A stretch of 64,000 bases of DNA from an uncultured Candidatus Binatia bacterium (GCA_965215605.1 OZ244070.1:2464001-2528000), one strand, 5' to 3'. Numbered from the stretch's first letter, positions 22,141-33,348 are shown. The notes: generated by a model from the letters alone, not told the origin. Numbers and translations are program-made.

Positions 22141-23307
22141 CTATGCCCCTGACCCCTCCCCCTTCTTCAACGGGCTTCCATCCAGCAGATACTCCTGCCG
22201 CGCCAAGGTCTCGGAGCGTTCTTCCTGCAGGTAGCGCTCAAGTGCCTGCCGGAAGCGTTTGTCGCGGATGTAGTGGGCGCTGTAGGTCTTGGCGGGCTCG
22301 AGGCCGCGGAGGTTCTTGAAGCTGCCGCCGGCGCCGGCCTCGAAGCGGACCAGCGATTCGTCGATGCAGTGCTCGATGGCGGCGTAGTAGCACACGTTGA
22401 AGTGCAGGTAGCGGTGGTCCTCGAAGGCGCCCCAGTAGCGGCCGTAGAGGGTGTCGGGGCCGCGGATGTTGAAGGTGCCGGCGATGATGTGACCGTCGCG
22501 TTGGGCGACGATGGGGCAGAGGAACGGGTAGGGCCGCTTCAGCAGCTCGTCGAAGAAGCGGCCGTTCAGGTATTGGTGGCCGTAGTAGAGGCGGTCGATG
22601 TGGTGCTTGTACAATTCGAACATGGTGCGCTGGATGTCCGGGGTGACGTCGTCGTAGGGCAGCGCCCAGATCTGGATGCCCTGGTTTTCCAGTTCCCGCC
22701 GCTCGTGCTTGATCTTGTTGCGCCGACCGCTGCGGAACGCTCCCAGGTAGTCGTCGAAGGTGCCGTAGTTCCGGTTCTGCCAGTGAAACTGGAGCCCGAT
22801 CTTGGGGATGTAGTCCAGGTCCTCCAGCGCCTCCATCTCTTCCTGGTCGCAGAAGTTGATGTGGATGGACGACAACTCGTTGCCGCTGCAGATTTCTACC
22901 AGCGCCCGGCCAAGGATGGCGATGACGCTTCGGCGGTCGATCCCGGGAGCGGTGAGGAAGCGCGACCCTACCACCGGCGTGAAGGGCACGCCCACGAGCA
23001 TCTTGGGATAGTACTCGATGCCCGCCTGCATGGCGTAGCCGGCCCACTGGTGGTCGAAGACGAACTCCCCCATGCTGTGGGACTTGAGGTACATGGGGCA
23101 GGCGCCGAGGATCTCCTTGCCCCGTTCGACCACAAGGTGGTGCGGCGCCCAGCCGGTTTTGTCACAGACGCAGCTCGTTTCCTCCAGGCAGTCCAGCCAG
23201 TCCCAGCGCATGAACGGCGAGCCGTCCCGCAGAAGCGAATCCCACGTCTCTCGCGGCACCTCGTTGATGCGGCGGACGATGCGGACCGAAAGCTGTTCCT
23301 CCCCCAT
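22141..23307 (-). CDS. FemAB-related GNAT-family protein (DUF482 type)
   Basis: PMYLKSHSMGEFVFDHQWA, YYPKMLVGVPFTPVVG, LYGRYWG, LHFNVCYY, FEAGAGG. Confidence 0.88.
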   Translation of the reverse strand: MGEEQLSVRIVRRINEVPRETWDSLLRDGSPFMRWDWLDCLEETSCVCDKTGWAPHHLVVERGKEILGACPMYLKSHSMGEFVFDHQWAGYAMQAGIEYYPKMLVGVPFTPVVGSRFLTAPGIDRRSVIAILGRALVEICSGNELSSIHINFCDQEEMEALEDLDYIPKIGLQFHWQNRNYGTFDDYLGAFRSGRRNKIKHERRELENQGIQIWALPYDDVTPDIQRTMFELYKHHIDRLYYGHQYLNGRFFDELLKRPYPFLCPIVAQRDGHIIAGTFNIRGPDTLYGRYWGAFEDHRYLHFNVCYYAAIEHCIDESLVRFEAGAGGSFKNLRGLEPAKTYSAHYIRDKRFRQALERYLQEERSETLARQEYLLDGSPLKKGEGSGA

Positions 23308-23358
23308 GGCCCCACCTTCTTGCCAGAAGGGCCGGAGCAGGTCTAGTCAGTAGAGACC

Positions 23359-24234
23359 GTGACTCTCTTCGCTCTGACCCTCCTCCTGGCGGCCGCCTTC
23401 ATCCACGCCACCTGGAACCTCCTGCTCAAGCGAGCCGAGGGCGGGCCGGTGTTTCAATGGCTTTTCGCCGTGCTGTCCGTGGGCCTGTACCTGCCTGCCG
23501 TACTGGTGCTGAATGGGGTTCGGCCGATCCACCTGGACGCGAACGTTGTTGCCGTGATCGCCGGGAGCAGCCTGTTGCACACGCTCTACTACGGCGTGCT
23601 CCAGCGGGGCTACCGGGCGGGCGACCTGTCCGTGGTCTACCCCCTGGCCCGTGGCACCGGACCTTTCCTGGCCGTCATCGGCGCGGTGCTGATATTTGGC
23701 GAGCGTCCCGGCGCGGGGGTCCTCGCCGGCGGCCTGCTCATCATCCTGGGCGTCTTCGTGTTGAGCGGCGGAGGCGCTTGGTCCCGCCGAGATGATCCGG
23801 CCCGGTCCGCGGTGTGGTATGGCCTGGCCACCGGCGTGGTGATCGCCAGTTATACGCTTTGGGACAAGAATGCCGTAACCGGATGGTCCATTGCGCCGCT
23901 ACTGCTCGATTGGGGCACCAACTGCGGTCGCTCCATCCTGTTGGCGCCCATCGCCATGCACCGCCGGGGCGAATTGCGCGCGGCCTGGCGAAACCATCGA
24001 CGGGAGGCGCTGGGGGTCGCGCTGCTCAACCCGCTGGCCTACATCCTCGTGCTGACGGCGTTGCGGGTCACGCCCGTGAGTCACATCGCGCCCGCCCGGG
24101 AGATCAGTATCCTGATCGGCTCGTTGATGGGAATACGCCTGCTCGGAGAAGGGGATCCGAAGGTACGGCTGCTGGGCGCGGCAAGCATGACGCTGGGTCT
24201 GCTGCTCATCGTGACGAGTGGAACGGCGCCCTGA
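23359..24234 (+). CDS. EamA/DMT-family transporter
   Basis: AAFIHATWNLLLK, GDLSVVYPLARG, APAREISI; about 10 TM segments. Confidence 0.88.
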   Translation: MTLFALTLLLAAAFIHATWNLLLKRAEGGPVFQWLFAVLSVGLYLPAVLVLNGVRPIHLDANVVAVIAGSSLLHTLYYGVLQRGYRAGDLSVVYPLARGTGPFLAVIGAVLIFGERPGAGVLAGGLLIILGVFVLSGGGAWSRRDDPARSAVWYGLATGVVIASYTLWDKNAVTGWSIAPLLLDWGTNCGRSILLAPIAMHRRGELRAAWRNHRREALGVALLNPLAYILVLTALRVTPVSHIAPAREISILIGSLMGIRLLGEGDPKVRLLGAASMTLGLLLIVTSGTAP

Positions 24235-24244
24235 TCCGCGGGCT

Positions 24245-25147
24245 TCACCGGCGCCGGCGCTTCTGGAAGCTGGGGTCGGGCGTCCCCTTCCAGCAGCGGG
24301 CGACGAAGGGATAGCCCTCGGTGATGAAGTAGGCGTAGGAACCGCTGGGGAATTCGGCGGACCGGGTCACGGCGCCGTTGCATTCATCCAGGTCGCCGCT
24401 GCCGGCGACGTATTGCCAGTCCTGCACGAAGGCCCCGTCATGGGCGCCGTCCGGTTCGTCCCCGCCGGGGCGCGCGGCGGATTTCAGCCGGTAGGAAGCG
24501 CGGACCCTCTGTATGCCGTTGCCCAGGTCGCCGGTGATTGCATAGATAGGAAAGCCGTCCGCTGCCCAGCCGATCAGGGGCGAGTGAGCATCCGCGCTCC
24601 AGCCCAGTTGCCGCAGCAGGCCCGTGGGCAGCGCGTGATAATGGTAGGCGCCGGTCCGTTGGACGTGGGCATGGTTGGCATCCAGCCCCAGCCGGACCGC
24701 GCCCCCGAGGGCGTCGTAGTTCCAGCCGCCCCGGCGCTCGCCATGCCAGTATTCCGCGGTGCCGGCCTCGAACGGAACGCCGTTGACGGCCACGCCCCAA
24801 AGCCAGCGACGCGCGTCGGTGGCCCTGTCTGTCCGTTTCGGTTCGGTGGTGACGGTGAGGAGGTAGTCTTGCGGGCCGATGGTGTGGGGGTTGCCGCGGT
24901 TGGGAAAGGCTCCCACCGGGTGCGCCGGGATGCCGTTGGAACGGATCGTCCGGGTCGTGCCGGACACGTCGATGGAAGCTCGCGGGGAGCCCGCCGTCTC
25001 GCTTGCGGGCCTGAGCGTCACTTCGGCCGTCTCGGTTGCGGTATGATACCGGGCCGGCGGGCGACCTGTCCGTTGCGCCATGGCCGTTGCCGTGAACAGC
25101 ACCACGCCGGCGGTGGCACCTGCTACGATACAGAAGATCGCTTTCAT
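24245..25147 (-). CDS. Secreted YHYH-domain protein
   Basis: Signal peptide; GVAVNGVPF, HAHVQRTGAYHYH, SPLIGWAADGFPIY, GDLDECNG. Confidence 0.85.
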   Translation of the reverse strand: MKAIFCIVAGATAGVVLFTATAMAQRTGRPPARYHTATETAEVTLRPASETAGSPRASIDVSGTTRTIRSNGIPAHPVGAFPNRGNPHTIGPQDYLLTVTTEPKRTDRATDARRWLWGVAVNGVPFEAGTAEYWHGERRGGWNYDALGGAVRLGLDANHAHVQRTGAYHYHALPTGLLRQLGWSADAHSPLIGWAADGFPIYAITGDLGNGIQRVRASYRLKSAARPGGDEPDGAHDGAFVQDWQYVAGSGDLDECNGAVTRSAEFPSGSYAYFITEGYPFVARCWKGTPDPSFQKRRRR

Positions 25148-25157
25148 CGGGATTCCG

Positions 25158-25808
25158 CTATTCGATGGTCAGGTAGCGTTCCAGGCGGGTTGCCTCGCCC
25201 TTGTCGGCGTGAGCGCCCACGCGGCTGCGGAAGTCCTCCATGCTGGCGAAGGGGCGGGACTCCTGGATCAGCTTGAGGATTCCGTCGTTGAGCCCGGGGA
25301 TCGTGCGCAGGTGTGCGTCGCTGGCGCCGTTCAACTTGATGGGCACGAAGACGTACTGTTCAAGGCGGGCGACCTCCGCGTCATCGACGTACTTGCCGAT
25401 CTCGCGCTGGAACTCCGCCAGCGCTCGGTACGGCCGGTATTCGCGGAACTCCCAGCTCATGCGGCGGCCGACCCCCGGAACCATGCGGATGGCCTCGACG
25501 TTGGCGTTGTTCAGGTTGATGGGGAGGAACAGGCGGACGTAGAGCTCCTTGCGCTGCTCCGCGCTCAAGGCCGGCGCCAGCGCCTTGTCCAGCGCCTCCA
25601 TGTTCAGGTACGGCCTGCCGGCGACAACGCGGCCGGCCAGATCAGGATTCAGTCCGGGCAGACCGGCGAGCTCTTCCGCACCGGCGGTGTTGGGGTTGAG
25701 CACGCCCATGTTCTTTCCCACCTGAGCCCGCGCATGCGGGGCTGCGGCAAGGGACAGGACCAAGCCGGCCAGCAGCAAGACGGGGACGATGATCGGTCGG
25801 TTGTTCAC
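25158..25808 (-). CDS. Secreted helix-hairpin-helix (ComEA-like) repeat protein
   Basis: GTG 25808 after GGAGA; signal peptide ending AHARA-like; three repeats LNPNTAGAEELAGLPG, INLNNANVEAIRMVPGVG, IKLNGASDAHLRTIPG. Confidence 0.8.
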   Translation of the reverse strand: MNNRPIIVPVLLLAGLVLSLAAAPHARAQVGKNMGVLNPNTAGAEELAGLPGLNPDLAGRVVAGRPYLNMEALDKALAPALSAEQRKELYVRLFLPINLNNANVEAIRMVPGVGRRMSWEFREYRPYRALAEFQREIGKYVDDAEVARLEQYVFVPIKLNGASDAHLRTIPGLNDGILKLIQESRPFASMEDFRSRVGAHADKGEATRLERYLTIE

Positions 25809-26269
25809 GGTTGTTCTCCTTCTCCGGTTGCGGCCGTGGGTCTGAGAGCCGGGTGCCGAAACGCGTAGAGCAGCCCCAGCAGCCCGAGTTGGGTCATGGC
25901 GCCCGGCGCGAGCGCGGGCATCGCTCCGGTCATCGCCTCGGTAAAGAGCTTGAAACCAGACATCGTCGGCGTCATCTCCAGCTCGAATTCCACGTTGCTC
26001 TCGTAGTGGTGCCAAATCCCCACGGGCCCGGCGAGCACGAACAGCACCATGGTCACCTGGAAGGCGCGAAGGCTCCAGCGCCTGCGTCGGGTCACCCAAA
26101 TGCCCATGGTGATGAGGCTGGCGGCGAGAAGGATCAGCGGTATCCACTGCTCGAAGTCTTCGATGTGTCCCAGGAGCAACAGCTCGCTGCCGGTCCCCAG
26201 CACGCCAATGGCGAGAATGACGAGAAGCAGCCGCCGAAACATCGACTCGCTCCGATCCACCATGTTCAT
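25805..26269 (-). CDS. Conserved hypothetical 4-TM membrane protein
   Basis: Four hydrophobic segments, ELLLLGH and PALAPG motifs; stop overlaps the HhH gene start (GTGA). Confidence 0.7.
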   Translation of the reverse strand: MNMVDRSESMFRRLLLVILAIGVLGTGSELLLLGHIEDFEQWIPLILLAASLITMGIWVTRRRRWSLRAFQVTMVLFVLAGPVGIWHHYESNVEFELEMTPTMSGFKLFTEAMTGAMPALAPGAMTQLGLLGLLYAFRHPALRPTAATGEGEQP

Positions 26270-26338
26270 GGGGATTAGACGGTATCGGGTTCCGGTCCCT
26301 GAGGGGCAGGGAGGGCTCGGATCGCAGGTGGGGGCGGT

Positions 26339-29032
26339 TTATGCCTTCCCGGCGAGTTGCCGGAGCACGTATTCGAGGATGCCGCCGTGGTGGTGGTATG
26401 ACAGCTCCGCGGGGGTGTCGATGCGGCAGGTCACCTGGAAGGTGGTCACCTTTCCCTCGGCGCTTGTCGCGGTCACCTGCAGTTGCTTGCGCACGCTCAG
26501 GCCGCCGGCCACGCCGGCGATGTCGTAGGTCTCGAAGCCGGTGAGACCCAGCGACTCGGCGTTTTCGCCCTTCATGAACTCCAGCGGCAGGATGCCCATG
26601 CCGATGAGGTTGCTCCGGTGGATGCGCTCGAAGCTCTCGACGATGGCGGCCTTGATGCCCAGGAGCCGTGGCCCCTTGGCGGCCCAGTCCCGGGACGATC
26701 CGGTGCCGTACTCCTTGCCGGCGATGACGATGAGCGGAGTCCCTTCTTCCTGGTACTTCATGGCGGCGTCGAAGATGGACATCTGTTCGTTGTCGGGCTG
26801 GTGTACGGTATAGCCGCCCTCGGTACCCGGCGCGATCTGGTTCTTCAGCCGCACGTTGGCGAAGGTGCCGCGCATCATTACCTCGTGGTTGCCCCGGCGG
26901 GCGCCGTACTGGTTGAAGTCCTTGGGCTCCACGCCGTGCTCGGTGAGATAGCGCGCCGCCGGCCCGTTGCGCTCGATGGACCCGGCTGGCGAGATGTGAT
27001 CGGTGGTCACCGAATCGCCCAGCAGCGCCAGCACCCGCGCTCCCTTGACGTCACCCGGCGCGGCCGGCTCCGCGGGCATGTCGGCGAAGAACGGGAGCTC
27101 CCGGACATAGGTGGAGTCCGGGTCCCAGGCGAACAACTCGCCCTCCGGCACCGGCATGCTCCGCCACATGTCGTCTCCCTCGAAGACGTTGCTGTACTCC
27201 TTGCGGAAGGCGTCGGCCGTGACGCCCTTGGCCACTTCCGCGCGCACCTCCTCCGGGCTGGGCCAGATGTCCCGCAGCATCACCGGCTGCCCGTCGGAGT
27301 CCTGCCCGATGGGGTCGTTGTAGAGGTCCACGTCCATGTTGCCGGCGATGGCGTAGGCCACCACCAGCGGCGGCGAGGCCAGGTAGTTGGCCCGGATGTG
27401 GGGATGGATGCGGCCCTCGAAGTTCCGGTTTCCCGAAAGCACGGCACTGGTCACCAAGTTGCCTTCCTGGATGGCGTTGCCGATGTTCTCCGGCAGCGGT
27501 CCGCCGTTGCCCACGCAGGTGGTGCAGCCGTAGCCCACCAGATGGAATCCCATCTCTCCCAGGGGCTCCAGCAGGCCGGTCTGGGTCAGATACTCGGTGA
27601 CCACCTTGGAACCCGGCGCCAAGCTGGTCTTGACCCAGGGCTTGGCCTTGAGGCCACGGGCCACGGCCTTCTTGGCCAGCAGCCCCGCGCCTATCATCAC
27701 CGATGGATTGGAGGTGTTGGTGCAACTGGTGATGGCGGAGATCACCACCGAGCCGTGGGTGAGCTCGAAGGAATCGCCGTTCTGCCGCACGGCCACGGTG
27801 CTCGGGGTGTCGCCGCCTTTCATGGTGGGCAGGGCCTCGGCAAAGGACTGCTTGACGCCGCTCAGCGGCACCCGGTCCTGGGGCCGGCGGGGTCCCGCCA
27901 GGCTGGGCTCCACCTCGCCCAGGTCGAGCTCCAGGGTGTCGGAGAAGACCGGGTCCGGCGTGTCGTCGGTGCGGAACAGTCCCTGCTCCTTGCTGTAGGC
28001 CTCCACCAGGCTGATGAGCTGGGGGTCCCGGTTCGACAGCTTCAGGTAGGCCAGGGTCTCGTCGTCCACCGGGAAGAAGCCCACGGTGGCGCCGTACTCC
28101 GGCGCCATGTTGCCGATGGTGGCCCGGTCCGCCAGCGCCAGGCTGGAGAGCCCCGGACCGTAGAACTCCACGAACTTCTCCACCACGCCCTTCGCCCTCA
28201 GCATCTGCACGATGGTCAGCACCAGGTCGGTGGCGGTGGCGCCCTCGGGAAGCCGGCCATGGAGCTTGAAGCCGATGACCTCGGGGATCAGCATGATCAG
28301 CGGCTGGCCCAGCATGGCCGCCTCGGCCTCGATGCCGCCCACGCCCCAGCCCACCACCCCCAGCCCGTTGATCATGGGCGTGTGGGAGTCGGCCCCTACC
28401 AGCGTGTCGGGATAGGCCAGGGTGTCGCCGTTGGACTGGGCGGTGAAGACCACCTTGCCCAGGAACTCCAGGTTGACTTGGTGGACGATGCCGGTGTCGG
28501 GGGGCACCACGCTGAAGTTGTCGAAGGCCTTCTGCCCCCAGCGCAGGAACGCATACCGTTCCTGGTTGCGCTCGTACTCCAGCTTCGAGTTGGAGGCGAA
28601 CGATTCGAGGGAGCCGAAGTGGTCCACCTGCACCGAGTGGTCGATGACCAGGTCCACGGGCTGGAGCGGGTTGATCCGTTTCGGGTCGCCTCCCAGCCGC
28701 CGGATGCCTTCCCGCATGGCCGCCAGGTCCACGATGGCGGGCACTCCGGTGAGATCCTGCAGCAGGATGCGCGCCGGCATGAAGGCGATTTCCTTGTCCG
28801 GTTTCGCCCCGGGGTCCCAGCCCGCCAGCGCGCGGATGTCGTCCGCCGACACGTGCCGGTCGTCCTCGCACCGGAGCAGGTTCTCCAGCAGGATCTTGAG
28901 GGAGAACGGCAGCCGTTCCACCGGCAGCGAGGTCTCCTTCGCCAGGGCGTCGAGGCGATAGATCCGGTAGCGGTTGCCCCCGACGTCGAGGGACGAGGCG
29001 GTGTGAAACGTGTCGATGCTCTGTGATGCCAT
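26339..29032 (-). CDS. acnA: Aconitate hydratase A
   Basis: [62 protein letters not shown]; ATG 29032 after AAGGAG. Confidence 0.96.
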   Translation of the reverse strand: MASQSIDTFHTASSLDVGGNRYRIYRLDALAKETSLPVERLPFSLKILLENLLRCEDDRHVSADDIRALAGWDPGAKPDKEIAFMPARILLQDLTGVPAIVDLAAMREGIRRLGGDPKRINPLQPVDLVIDHSVQVDHFGSLESFASNSKLEYERNQERYAFLRWGQKAFDNFSVVPPDTGIVHQVNLEFLGKVVFTAQSNGDTLAYPDTLVGADSHTPMINGLGVVGWGVGGIEAEAAMLGQPLIMLIPEVIGFKLHGRLPEGATATDLVLTIVQMLRAKGVVEKFVEFYGPGLSSLALADRATIGNMAPEYGATVGFFPVDDETLAYLKLSNRDPQLISLVEAYSKEQGLFRTDDTPDPVFSDTLELDLGEVEPSLAGPRRPQDRVPLSGVKQSFAEALPTMKGGDTPSTVAVRQNGDSFELTHGSVVISAITSCTNTSNPSVMIGAGLLAKKAVARGLKAKPWVKTSLAPGSKVVTEYLTQTGLLEPLGEMGFHLVGYGCTTCVGNGGPLPENIGNAIQEGNLVTSAVLSGNRNFEGRIHPHIRANYLASPPLVVAYAIAGNMDVDLYNDPIGQDSDGQPVMLRDIWPSPEEVRAEVAKGVTADAFRKEYSNVFEGDDMWRSMPVPEGELFAWDPDSTYVRELPFFADMPAEPAAPGDVKGARVLALLGDSVTTDHISPAGSIERNGPAARYLTEHGVEPKDFNQYGARRGNHEVMMRGTFANVRLKNQIAPGTEGGYTVHQPDNEQMSIFDAAMKYQEEGTPLIVIAGKEYGTGSSRDWAAKGPRLLGIKAAIVESFERIHRSNLIGMGILPLEFMKGENAESLGLTGFETYDIAGVAGGLSVRKQLQVTATSAEGKVTTFQVTCRIDTPAELSYHHHGGILEYVLRQLAGKA

Positions 29033-29251
29033 GTCAGGCTCCTTGAAATGGATTTTCGGTTTCAGGCGGTCCGGAAGGACGCGGGCGGATGGATGCCGCG
29101 GGGCCTGGGAACGCTTCTTTCTAGCGTAACCGGTGCGGCTTGCCAAATCGGCGGGGAAGCATTCCCGGACTCGATCTGGACACGGCAATGACGCAGGGTG
29201 GCAGGAATGACGTCTGCGGGTGCTGGAGGTAGTCGCGTAGGATGCGGGTAC

Positions 29252-30442
29252 TTAGACTGCCTTGTCCCGGTGCAATCGAGCGATGCCCTCATCGTCGTAG
29301 CCGAGTTCCTGGAGGATCGAGTCGGTGGCGTCGCCGAGCTCGGGGATGGGGTCGTAGCGGGCCGGGCTGCCAGAGAGGTTGAGCGGGCTGCCGATGACCG
29401 GCACCTTGCCCACGGGCGAGTCCACCTCCCGGATCATGCGCCGGGCGGCCGCCTGGGGATGGGCCAGCACCTGGGCGATGCCCCGGACCTTGCCGTTGGG
29501 CAGTTCCGCGGCCTGGAGGCGTTCGAGCCAGGTCTCGTGGCCGTGCTCCAGGAAGAGTTCCTCGATGGTCTCTTCCAGAATACCGCGGTTCTCCCTGCGC
29601 GCCTCCACGGTGGCGAAGCGGGGGTCTTCCATCAGCGATTTGCGTTCCATCACCTTGAGGCAGAAGACTTCCCAGTCCTTGGGCGTGGCCACGGCGAGGT
29701 TCACGTACTCGCCGTCCCCGGCCATATAGGGGCCGTAAGGGGTGACGTAGTGGTGCCGCATGCCTACCCGGCTGGGCTCCTCGCCCCGGTGCCAGTAGTG
29801 GTGCGGGAAGTACCCAAGCCAGGAGAGGATGCTCTCGAACATGGAGATGTCGATGACCTGCCCCTCACCTGTCTTCTCCCGCTGGAACAGCGCCAGCACG
29901 ATGCCCAGGGCCGCGTACATGCCGGAGGCGATGTCGGACACGGACACGCCGGCCCGGGCGGGCTTGTCGGGGTAGCCGGTGGTGGCGATGATGCCGGCCT
30001 CACCCTGGATCAGCAGGTCGTAGGCCTTGACGTCCCGGTAGGGGCCGTCTTGCCCATAGCCCGAGAGCGAGCAGTAGACGAGCCGCGGGTTGATCTCGTG
30101 GAGGGTCTCCCAACCCAGCCCCACGCGCTCGGCCACTCCCGGGGCGTAGTTCTCGAAGAAGACGTCGGTGGTCTGCGCGAGCTTGTGGAGGATCTCCAGC
30201 CCCTCGGGCTTCTTGACGTCCACCGTGAGGCTCCGCTTGTTGCGGTTGAGCCACACGTAGCCCGACGACAGCCCCTTCACCGCCGTATCCCAGTGGCGGA
30301 TCAGGTCGCCCACGCCGGGGCGCTCGATCTTGATGACCTCGGCCCCCATCTCCCCCAGCAGACCGGTGCCGAAGGGGCCCGCGAGCACCTGCTCGAAGGC
30401 CATGACCCGCACGCCGCTCAGGGCCAGATCGCCATCACTCAC
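29252..30442 (-). CDS. Family III CoA transferase (CaiB/BaiF)
   Basis: QVLAGPFGT, GAEVIKIERPG, WLNRNKRSLTVD, SGYGQDGPY, AYDLLIQGEAG. Confidence 0.92.
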   Translation of the reverse strand: MSDGDLALSGVRVMAFEQVLAGPFGTGLLGEMGAEVIKIERPGVGDLIRHWDTAVKGLSSGYVWLNRNKRSLTVDVKKPEGLEILHKLAQTTDVFFENYAPGVAERVGLGWETLHEINPRLVYCSLSGYGQDGPYRDVKAYDLLIQGEAGIIATTGYPDKPARAGVSVSDIASGMYAALGIVLALFQREKTGEGQVIDISMFESILSWLGYFPHHYWHRGEEPSRVGMRHHYVTPYGPYMAGDGEYVNLAVATPKDWEVFCLKVMERKSLMEDPRFATVEARRENRGILEETIEELFLEHGHETWLERLQAAELPNGKVRGIAQVLAHPQAAARRMIREVDSPVGKVPVIGSPLNLSGSPARYDPIPELGDATDSILQELGYDDEGIARLHRDKAV

Positions 30443-30941
30443 CGTCGGCGATCTCCGGGAAGATGTCGCGGCGGGGGGCGAACTCCTTGCGCCACACCAT
30501 GACGCTGCGGGCGTAGTCGATGACCACCTTGCCTTCCTGCTGCACGCCCCGGGTGCGCACCTTGACGATGCCCCACTGCGGTTTCGACCTGGAGTCGCGC
30601 TTTTCCAGCACCTCGGACTCGGAGTAGAGGGTGTCGCCGGCGAACAGCGGGTTGGGCAGCGTGATCTGGTCCCAGCCCAGGGCGAAGCCGTTCTCGCTCA
30701 CGTCCGCCACCCCCATGCCGGCCACGATGGCCAGGGTCAGGGCGCTGTTGATCAGGCATTTCCCGAACTCGGTGCGCTTGCCGTACTCGTTGTTGAAGTG
30801 GATCTGGTTCGTGTTGTTGGTGAGCAGCGTGAACCAGATGTTGTCGTTCTCCGTCACCGTGCGTCCGACCCGGCACCGGTACACGTCGCCGACGTTGAAG
30901 TCCTCGAAGTAACGCCCTTCCCAGCCCTGTACGACCGCCAT
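30435..30941 (-). CDS. MaoC-family hydratase (RipB/itaconyl-CoA hydratase-like)
   Basis: GRYFEDFNVGD, GRTVTENDNIWFTLLT, IHFN, EFGKCLINS, PLFAGDTLYSESEVLEKR; ATG 30941. Confidence 0.85.
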   Translation of the reverse strand: MAVVQGWEGRYFEDFNVGDVYRCRVGRTVTENDNIWFTLLTNNTNQIHFNNEYGKRTEFGKCLINSALTLAIVAGMGVADVSENGFALGWDQITLPNPLFAGDTLYSESEVLEKRDSRSKPQWGIVKVRTRGVQQEGKVVIDYARSVMVWRKEFAPRRDIFPEIADGE

Positions 30942-31056
30942 GGGGAATCTCCTTCCAGGCAAGATGGTGACACTTAAGGGTACACCGTTGGCGTGCACGA
31001 AGTGGGAATCATTGTCGCATGCTCATCGTCTTCCCGCCGCCCCGTCGTCAGCCGTG

Positions 31057-33348
31057 CTAAGCGGACTCCAGCTGATCGCCGATCGGGAGGGTACGGATAC
31101 GCTTGCCGGTTGCCTGGTAGATCGCGTTGACCAGCGCCGGCGCGTAGGGCGGCAGGCCGGGCTCGCCAACACCGCAGGGACGCAGATGCGTGAAGTCCTC
31201 GACGATGTGCGTGCGCACATCGAGAGGCGCATCGCCCATGCGGGCGATCGTGTAGTCGTGGAAGTTGCTCTGGTCGACCGCCCCTCGCGTGGTGGTGATC
31301 TGCCCATGCATCGCGAGCGAATGGCCGTCGACGGCAGCACCTTCCATCTGCTTCTTCACCCCCTCGGGATTGACGTAGAGGCCGCAGTCGATCGCCATGT
31401 CCACTCGCGGGACATGGAGCGAGCCGTCGTCACGCACCACCACGTGTACGGCCGTTCCCACATAGCTGTGGAAGCTGCGGTGGCAGGCGATCCCCAGGCC
31501 ATGACCGGGCGGCATCGACTTGCCGTAGCCCGACTTCTCGGCCACCACGCGGAGCACGTTCGAGAGCCGCTTCGGCATGATCGGCCAGTCCTCGATCGAG
31601 TCGCCGTAGTTCCAATGGCGCTTCACGCCGTCCCTGGCGAGGTCCATGACGTCCGCATCTCCGATGAGCTCCAGCAGGAACTCCACCGGGTCGCGGCCAG
31701 CGGCCTCGGCCAACTCGTTCGCGAAACAGTTCATGGTGAACGCGTGCTGGATGTTGTTGACCGAGCGGAACCAACCGATCCTGATCATGGCGTCGGCCTC
31801 GCCGTTCTCGATGCGCAGGTTCGGCACCCGGTCGTAGGGCGTGTCGACAAGGCCCAACCCGAATTCAACAGGATGGCCGGTCCGCTGCACCGGATTCCAG
31901 AGCGACATGAGCGAGGGCCACGCACCCGAATGATGCCACGCCGTGACCGTGCCCGAGCCGTCGAGACCTGCCCTGAGCCTGTGAGCGCTCGCGGCATGGT
32001 AGTAGCCGTGCCGGATTTCGTCCACGCGGGTCCACTGCACACGCACCGGCGCGCCGATTCTGGCGGACAGTATCGCCGCCTCGCATGCGAAGTCGGGCTT
32101 GGATTTGCGGCCGAAGCCGCCGCCCAAAAGCGTGACCTCGCATTCGACCTCGGTCTTCTCGATGCCGAGCGCCTCCGCCACATACTGCCGGGTCTCGTTG
32201 GGTGCCTGGGTGGAGGTCACGATCCTGACGGGCCTACGGGTAGCGTCGGCCAGGGCGACCGGCGGCTCCATCGGCGTGTGGACGAGGTAGGGCACGAAAT
32301 ACTCTGCCTCAACCACCCGGGCGGCCGAGCCCAGCGCCTCGTCAACGTTGCCCCGGTCGCGGATTACGTGGCCGCCGGCGCGCGCCGCGGACCTCAGCTC
32401 GTCGTTGTAGGCGCCCGAATCGTGCCTGACGTTCGGGCCGTCCTCCCACTCGATGACCAGTCGGTCGCGCCCCTCCATCACCGACCAGGTATTGGTGCCG
32501 ACCACGGCGATGCCGCCGAGCGCACGGAAATGCGCCGGCATGGCGTCGGCGAGCCCCGGGATCTCGATCACCTGCTCGACGCCTTGTACCTTGAGCGCCT
32601 CGCCGGCGTCGAACGACTTCACCTTGCCGCGATAGACCGGCGGGCGCGCCACGACGGCGATCTTCATGCCGGGGACGCTGACGTCGGCGCCGTAAGTGGC
32701 GCGTCCGGTGCTCATGTCGTAGTTGTCGACCACCGGCATGTCGCGGCCGATGTACTTCCACTGCGACTTGTCCTTGAGCTTCGGCGCTGCATCTCCTACC
32801 GGCACCGCGATGTCGGCCGCGGCGTCCACAACCTCACCGAAGTCAAACGACCGGTCCGTGCCGCTGTGATAGAGGCGGTGGTTCCTGGCGTGGACCTCGC
32901 GGGGATCAACGCCCCACTTTCTGGCCGCTGCCTGCTCCAGCACGTAGCGGCCGGCTGCGCCCAGTTCGCGCATGACCTCGAAGTGGTGGCGGGTGCTGCG
33001 CGAACCGTCGGTGTTCTGCTGGTCCTTGCCGGCGGGGTCGAACCGGGTCTCGTCGCCCGGCGCCTGCCGGATCCTGACCCGCTGCCAATCGGCTTCGAGC
33101 TCGTCGGCGAGGATCATCGGGATGCCGGTGCGCACGCCCTGACCCATCTCGGAACGGCTGCACGTCAGCGTGACCGTGCCGTCGTCCGCAATCTCGACGA
33201 AGAGGTTGGGCTTGACCGAGTTGATGCCGCTCTGGCCGCGCGCCTTCGGGATCAGGGAGGCGACATTGGCGCCGAGCACGAAGGCGCCGGTGACGCCGAC
33301 AGACTTCAGGAAAGTGCGCCGGCTGACGTTCCGTATGCCGAACATCAT
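31057..33348 (-). CDS. Isoquinoline 1-oxidoreductase beta-like molybdopterin subunit with Tat signal
   Basis: SRRTFLK leader, RSEMGQG, TDGSRS, HTPMEP, LLGGGFGRK, GVGEPG; start overlaps the small-subunit stop. Confidence 0.88.
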   Translation of the reverse strand: MMFGIRNVSRRTFLKSVGVTGAFVLGANVASLIPKARGQSGINSVKPNLFVEIADDGTVTLTCSRSEMGQGVRTGIPMILADELEADWQRVRIRQAPGDETRFDPAGKDQQNTDGSRSTRHHFEVMRELGAAGRYVLEQAAARKWGVDPREVHARNHRLYHSGTDRSFDFGEVVDAAADIAVPVGDAAPKLKDKSQWKYIGRDMPVVDNYDMSTGRATYGADVSVPGMKIAVVARPPVYRGKVKSFDAGEALKVQGVEQVIEIPGLADAMPAHFRALGGIAVVGTNTWSVMEGRDRLVIEWEDGPNVRHDSGAYNDELRSAARAGGHVIRDRGNVDEALGSAARVVEAEYFVPYLVHTPMEPPVALADATRRPVRIVTSTQAPNETRQYVAEALGIEKTEVECEVTLLGGGFGRKSKPDFACEAAILSARIGAPVRVQWTRVDEIRHGYYHAASAHRLRAGLDGSGTVTAWHHSGAWPSLMSLWNPVQRTGHPVEFGLGLVDTPYDRVPNLRIENGEADAMIRIGWFRSVNNIQHAFTMNCFANELAEAAGRDPVEFLLELIGDADVMDLARDGVKRHWNYGDSIEDWPIMPKRLSNVLRVVAEKSGYGKSMPPGHGLGIACHRSFHSYVGTAVHVVVRDDGSLHVPRVDMAIDCGLYVNPEGVKKQMEGAAVDGHSLAMHGQITTTRGAVDQSNFHDYTIARMGDAPLDVRTHIVEDFTHLRPCGVGEPGLPPYAPALVNAIYQATGKRIRTLPIGDQLESA

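Noticed and set aside
29161-29212. Additional GACG-ended REP copies upstream of acnA
   Set aside because: Too degenerate to call; only the AATGACG ends are recognisable.
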